Shown here: positions 57,984 to 64,000 of the stretch, piece after piece
How the letters are laid out: every line of letters starts with the position of its first letter
How positions within the stretch are numbered: the stretch's first letter is position 1
Origin: Octopus vulgaris
Lineage: Eukaryota
DNA: 64,000 bases
Reading direction: 5' to 3'
NCBI GenBank assembly: GCA_951406725.2
Contig: OX597830.1
Span: 27,652,001 to 27,716,000, forward strand
The notes under the pieces: model-generated
What the model saw: the letters and a program-made list of their open reading frames with translations, nothing else
Database searches by the model: none
Told to the model about the DNA's origin: nothing
Made by a program: the position numbers and the translations under genes

Positions 57984-58018
<35 letters not shown>

Positions 58019-58232
58019 ACCCACACACACGCACACAAATATTCACAATAATCTGTGTAGGAAAATAACGCAGATACAAATATATATGTGTGCATTTCTG
58101 CGTGTTTATGTGTGTGTGTCCCTGTATGTGTAGGTACGTACTTATGCATGCATATATGTCTTTATACACTCACACACACATGCACACACACACAAACGCA
58201 CACATATTTGTAGATGTTACTATATAGGTATG

Positions 58233-58285
<53 letters not shown>

Positions 58286-58435
58286 TGGAGGTGTGTGTGT
58301 ACACGTACATACACAAACACAGAAAAGAACTAAGAACAACAGAAAAAATATAAAGCAGGGTGTCCCAAAAAGAAGACAACATTCTAATAATTTCGTTATT
58401 CGAAACACTGTCAGACTTCTGAGGCACATCATATA

Positions 58436-58624
<189 letters not shown>

Positions 58625-59174
58625 GCAAAATACGTAATTCACGAACGTGAAAACAGAGACGCACAATTTCGATTGCACGCAGTCACTCGCACACACTAAC
58701 GCACACACACACACGCCTGTACAATCAAAGACATATATATATATATATAGTAAAGATTATTTGCCAACATAATATAGCGGTCCTGATCAGGACGAATGTT
58801 ACTGTTATTTAGCCCCAGGGAACATCGTCTCCAACTGGCTATTGATGCGCTATCTGTGACATACTTTCGAACAAGGTAGCTTATTACCTCCACTCACCTC
58901 AGAGCACTATCTGTGTACCAATGTTTTCTGAGTACTGTTACTGAATGTTTCTCGTTCAGAGATGTAGATATAATAATTTTTTTCTATTTATAACAATCTC
59001 AAGAGTAACTGCCTGAAACTGTAAGGATATCTAGTATCTTGACTGATGAAAGAAGGCAACGACTGACACGTCCTTTTTATTCTGTCCCTCTAATTGTCGT
59101 TTTTCTTGTCCCCCTTTTTATTGTCTATCTGCTCGGATGTTTTATTGTCCTCTCTCGCGTTTATGTTCCAGTTT

Positions 59175-59208
<34 letters not shown>

Positions 59209-59320
59209 CACACACACGGCTGTAGTAGAACACATTTGCTCAAGGTGTCACGCAGCAGAACTGAACCCATAAACTTATGGTTAGGCAGTCAACTTCTTAT
59301 CACACAACCATATATATATA

Positions 59321-59357
<37 letters not shown>

Positions 59358-59361
<4 letters not shown>

Positions 59362-59850
59362 CAAATGAAATAAAAAACAGAACACAAAGGATGTCGTGGT
59401 ACACATGTTTCGAGCTTTATAAAACATCTTATTCTTACATCAATGTATAATCGACATAACAGATAGTTTAAAGCCCTCTTCAGCCGCATGCAATTGCTAC
59501 ACCAAAGACTTGTATCACATTATGAAAGGTTTGAGAAAGAACATTTGGTATTATTTATAATGGTAGGTAAACTGAGTATCACTGAGAAAGTATGTTTGTA
59601 AATCTTCATAATCAAATAGGTGTACAGGGTATTATTGGACTCCAAAAATCCGTCTATACCGTTTTCTCACTCAATATAGAGTCGATTATACATTGATGCA
59701 AGAATAAGTTGTTTTATAAAACTCGAAACATGTGTACCGCGACATCCTTTGTGTTCTGTTTCTTATTTCATTTGATACGTATATCCTCTTACCTCTGCTA
59801 CTAGCTGGCATACACAGGTGCTTACATTTATCAAGTATTCACCCTGAATT
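59358..59850. mobile_element. Fold-back Penelope-like/retrozyme-like element between (TA)n tracts
   Basis: Inverted arms 59358-59455 / 59681-59778, a 3' extension to about 59850, and a hammerhead on the minus strand. Confidence 0.8.
59395..59488 (-). ncRNA. Type I hammerhead ribozyme motif with canonical core
   Basis: Minus strand GCGG-CTGAAGA-GGGCTTTA...TAAAGCTC-GAAA-CATGTG-TA-CCAC(G). The other arm has CCGCG, which restores a perfect stem I. Confidence 0.75.
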
Positions 59851-59940
<90 letters not shown>

Positions 59941-60295
59941 ATAATGGACAGAAATATATGCGTATGCTGGCTGGATTCAAATGCAGGTTAGATTCAAACA
60001 ACACAAAACTCTCAACTTTGCCGTTTATCTGTTTGGAGTAAAGTATAAGTCTAGTGGTTGGGATATGGAACTCACGATCATATATTCATCGGTTTGATCC
60101 CCAGAGCGAGTGGTGTATTATGTTTGAGACTAAACACTTCATTCAACGTTGAACCTGTCCGCTCAGCTAAAAATGAGAGTCTACAACACACTGGTATCCC
60201 AATCAACGTCGGTTGAGTAGCGAATTGTCTGTCGCTAAACATACCTTATATAACCGGGATATAATTAAGGTTTAGATATTACTGTATAACTTGAA

Positions 60296-60510
60296 GATGG
60301 TGAGCTGGCAGAATAATTAGCACCCCGGCAAAAATGCTTCGCGGCATTTCGTGTGTCTTCATGTCCTGAGTTCAAATTCCGCCGAGGTCGGCTTTGCCTT
60401 TCATTTTTTTCGTGGTCGATAAATGAAGGACCAGTCGAGTACTGGGGTCGATGTGATCGACTTTACACTCTCCCCAATATTTCAGGCCTTGTACCTATAG
60501 TAGAAAGTAT
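60296..60510 (+). mobile_element. SINE family A monomer, full length
   Basis: GGTGAGCTGGCAGAATAATTAGCAC head, core and AGGCCTTGTACCTATAGTAGAAAG tail. Confidence 0.9.
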
Positions 60511-60706
60511 ATTACAGTGTAATATAATTTTTCATTACAAATTAGCGATAGTTCTGTGTGTAAATCCATTGCAGTTGCTTTTGCTTCTTAATGGCATTTC
60601 CTCACCAAGAAGACTAGTGATCATTGTAAAAGTGGTCATTTCTTTTATTATTTTCCTCGACAATTACTTACAATTATCATGTTAAATTACGGTTTATATA
60701 CGCGTA

Positions 60707-61188
60707 CCGTAAATCCTCGAGTATAATCCGCATTTTTTCCCCAAAATTTAAAGGCCAAAATCTCTACTGCGTACTATACACGAGGTTAAAAATGAAAATT
60801 GTTTTCTAAGCAATGTCCGAGTCTCTTTTCGCTGTCCGGCAATGTTTATTCAGACGCAAGCTAAACCTGAAAGCAATGAAGTCATAAAAGAATCATCCAT
60901 AACTTGCAGTAAGCAAAATTTACTAAACGTTATTACTGATATTTCTTTATTTTCTGCAAACAAAATGCACAAAAAAGCTAAACGTTTGCATTATGTTATA
61001 TATACAATAATAATAAAGGACGTTACCGTATACAGTTTTACAAACCAAGAACGTTATATAGACCTCCTTGACTCAAGTTAGAGAAGGGGTGCGTATTATA
61101 CACAAGGTTTAGGTTTTTCATAGGTACAGTCCCCTAAAAATCCCCTGCGTATTATACTCAAGGGCGGACTATACTCGAGGATTTACGG
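60707..61188. mobile_element. 482-bp pogo/Tigger-type MITE with TA TSD
   Basis: TA|CCGTAAATCCTCGAGTATAATCCGC ... GCGGACTATACTCGAGGATTTACGG|TA: 25-bp TIR with 1 mismatch, and subterminal TGCGTA(C/T)TATAC repeats. Confidence 0.92.
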
Positions 61189-61757
61189 TATGTGTATTGG
61201 CGGCGGAGGTCAGATCTACTTTCGTTCGAAGAGAATGCAACAATGAGATCCAATCCCAGATCTCGGTGTACTGTACAACCGAGGTTAAGGACACTAAAGT
61301 TCTCTTGCTGAATAACTCATATAAAGAGCGTTGTTCACGAATGCGGTTGTATACAACACTGAACTCATCACAGATTTTAGAAGGGATAATTTGCTACCTC
61401 CTTGTTATTATTTGAAAAAATTCTTCTTGTAGATTGTTGTTATTGCTGTCTTCTTCTTCCAATCAGCACTCACGCCATTAGCCACAAAGAATAATCTCAA
61501 TAATAATTCAAGCCTACTCTAAGCTACTAAGAATGCGTGTGGTAACTTGAAGATCCATCCACCACACGCGATAGACTGGTGGTTGCACGGGTGCGAAAGC
61601 TACGTTGTTATTTTCATTCCGTAAACGGTGGCTTTTAACGGGCGGAGAGCTGAACCATCCTTAGGTACAGGGGATTCGCAATCTAGACAAGGGTCTAAAA
61701 GTTTACCACACCACAGTGGGTTACACCATGGTTCCTCTGCTTTGTGGCAGGAGTAGG

Positions 61758-61938
61758 AAGAAAGAGTGAGAGAAAGTTTTGGTGAAAGGTTACAGCGGGG
61801 TTTCTCCACTACACCCCGCCGGAGCCTCGTGGAGTTTAGGTGTTTTTGCTCAATAAAGACTCACAATGCCCGGTCTTAGAGTCGAAACCGCGTTCTTACG
61901 ACCACGAGTCGGCTGCCCTAACTACTGGGCCATTACGC
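61758..61938 (-). mobile_element. tRNA-derived SINE (family C-related head, different body)
   Basis: Minus strand TGGCCCAGTAGTTAGGGCAGCCGACTCGTGGTCGTAAGAACGCGGTTTCGACTC; its tail segment recurs at about 53986-54035. Confidence 0.7.
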
Positions 61939-62119
61939 TGTAGTTGTTGCTATCGTTATTATTGCTGTTTAACCTCATGTGACTTTTATTGAGCAAACCT
62001 ACAATAAAATTCGCTCCAACTATCTACACAATGGTACATGTTCTGTTACCAAGAACAGTAAATCGTTTATTACGTTACACAGTGTGACTTATCGTTTGTT
62101 TACTTATCTATTTCTTTTT

Positions 62120-62770
62120 ATAGTTTGGTTAAGAATCTCCTTTTGTAACCTCATGATATTGGGTTCAATCCAACCAACTGCACGGCATCTTGGGGGAAAT
62201 GTATTCTGCTGCATCCCCAGTTCAGCCAATGTCTTATGAAGGATTTTGGTAGACAGACACTTTGTTGAAGCCCGCCGTGTGGCAACTTTTTTTCCGTCTT
62301 ATAAGGGTAAATTCCCAGTCTTCATATGTAACCTTTACAGCTTTAATGCATTCGAAATTTTCTTTCTTGTCTGCAAAATACACACACACACACACACGCA
62401 CATGCGAACACACATTCACATTCACATAAACACATACATACATACATATATACATACATACATACATAAATACATACATACATACATACATACATACATA
62501 CGTACATACGTACACACGTACATACGTACGTACATACATACATACATATATACATACATACATACATACATACATACATACATACATACATACATACATA
62601 CATACATGTGTGTGTGTCTGTGTGTGCTTCTGTGTTTGTCTCCATGAATTAGCTGTTCGGCGATAGATATCGATAGAATAATACCAGACTTTAAAAAAAA
62701 GATACGTTTTGGCGTCCCTATGTTCGAATAGTGCCCCTAGAATGGTTTTAGTCTAATGCCTGAAACAAAC
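62120..62770 (+). mobile_element. Diverged SINE family B with expanded internal (TACA)n
   Basis: Head 62120-62280 and tail 62625-62770 flank the microsatellite. Confidence 0.7.
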
Positions 62771-63435
62771 CACATAAGATCAAAATAGGTGAATTTTGAG
62801 GAAAATTCAGCAACCATATCTAAGCGATCTGCTAACCACGTACATACAGCTTGCTTCATTGACTGTTTGACGAATTCTTACGATGACAGAACACAGCAAA
62901 GAGGACATTGAATGAATTAAATTATTGCCATTCCGTCCCAAATCCTAAATTGTCTTGCAACGAACACACACGCAGCATAAACACGAGTGTTTTCGAGCCA
63001 CTGATTCCAACAACATTCAATGTTTTAATGGGATGAACTGGTCAGAGCTAACGTCCAGTTCCCCTTTTCCTGAAGAAATCTCATTTTTTTTCCTTTTCCC
63101 ATAGGGAAGCTTGTTCTTAGCACAATGAGCTTACAAAACACTCATCAATCACTATTATAGCGCTGCTTGGATCCAATTCACTTCATTTACGTTGCTAATG
63201 CTTTTAGGAAAGGCATAAATTTCACAAATATCTATTTCCTCTCCCACGAAATATAGGGTCAATGTGACTAAGCCAAATAATATATGTATATGTATATATT
63301 ATGTGTATATATAGGTATATTACAGTATATGTATGTATATATATTTATATACGTATGCATAATACTGTATATATATATTTACTTAAACATACTAATAGGT
63401 ATATATATATACTATACATACTATTGTATATATAT

Positions 63436-63467
<32 letters not shown>

Positions 63468-64000
63468 CTATATTAGTATGTAGAATATATATATATGGGA
63501 TATATGTACACATATATATATATATATGACAACATACACATGCATATATGTACATATATATGTAAATATGTATATCTGCATTTATAATATATAATATGTC
63601 AATATACACATACAAATTTGTATCCGTGTGTGTGTGCGTGCGTGTGCGTGCGTGTGTCTGCGTATGAGCGTATCACAACGGTGTCGTTGATTTCAATGGT
63701 AATCTACAGTGATATATCACACCGTATTACTTATGCACAGTGTTGCAGACTTATATTTAAGTGTGATATCTGTTTTATACTTACAATGACGCTGACAACA
63801 CATCAAATTATAACCTCCACCCCAACACGTACATGCAGTCTAAAAGAAATCGGTAAAAAACGTAAAAACAACAAGTAACAATTCCAACAAGACAACCGCT
63901 GGAATAAGTAAGCTTTCTAGAAATGGCAACTAAATCAGCGTCCAATGCCATCTCACCTTTCATAGAAATACACGATAGATACATATTGTAGTGTTAGATA

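Noticed and set aside
60608-60630. GAAGACTAGTGAT, similar to miR-7
   Set aside because: The seed start and 3' half differ and no precursor hairpin is evident.

Overview
AT-rich, microsatellite-saturated eukaryotic DNA. The SINE repertoire and repeat landscape look like an octopus (coleoid cephalopod) intron or intergenic region; this is an inference from remembered repeat consensuses, not a database hit. I find no intact host protein-coding gene. Almost every ORF in the supplied track is a translation of (TA)n, (CA)n, (TCTA)n, (TACA)n or trinucleotide tracts. The non-simple sequence is mostly mobile DNA: three or four tRNA-derived SINE families; a 1.6 kb Mutator (FLYWCH + MULE) element with TIRs and a 9-bp TSD; Tc1/mariner remnants (DD41D rosa-like, maT-like, mariner MITEs); a pogo-type MITE; decayed RTE-like and L1/Tx1-like LINEs; and a pile-up of R4/Dong-like LINE ends in (AAT)n. 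The most interesting signal is a recurring class of short fold-back (inverted-repeat) elements sitting in (TA)n tracts. Several carry minimal type I hammerhead ribozyme motifs, as in Penelope-like element pLTRs or retrozymes, including a canonical-core copy at 59395-59488 (-) and a head-to-head pair at 44655-44814. Also notable are a Russian-doll nest of elements at 33125-35312 and a few candidate spliced exons. Coordinates were read by eye; ends of decayed elements are approximate.
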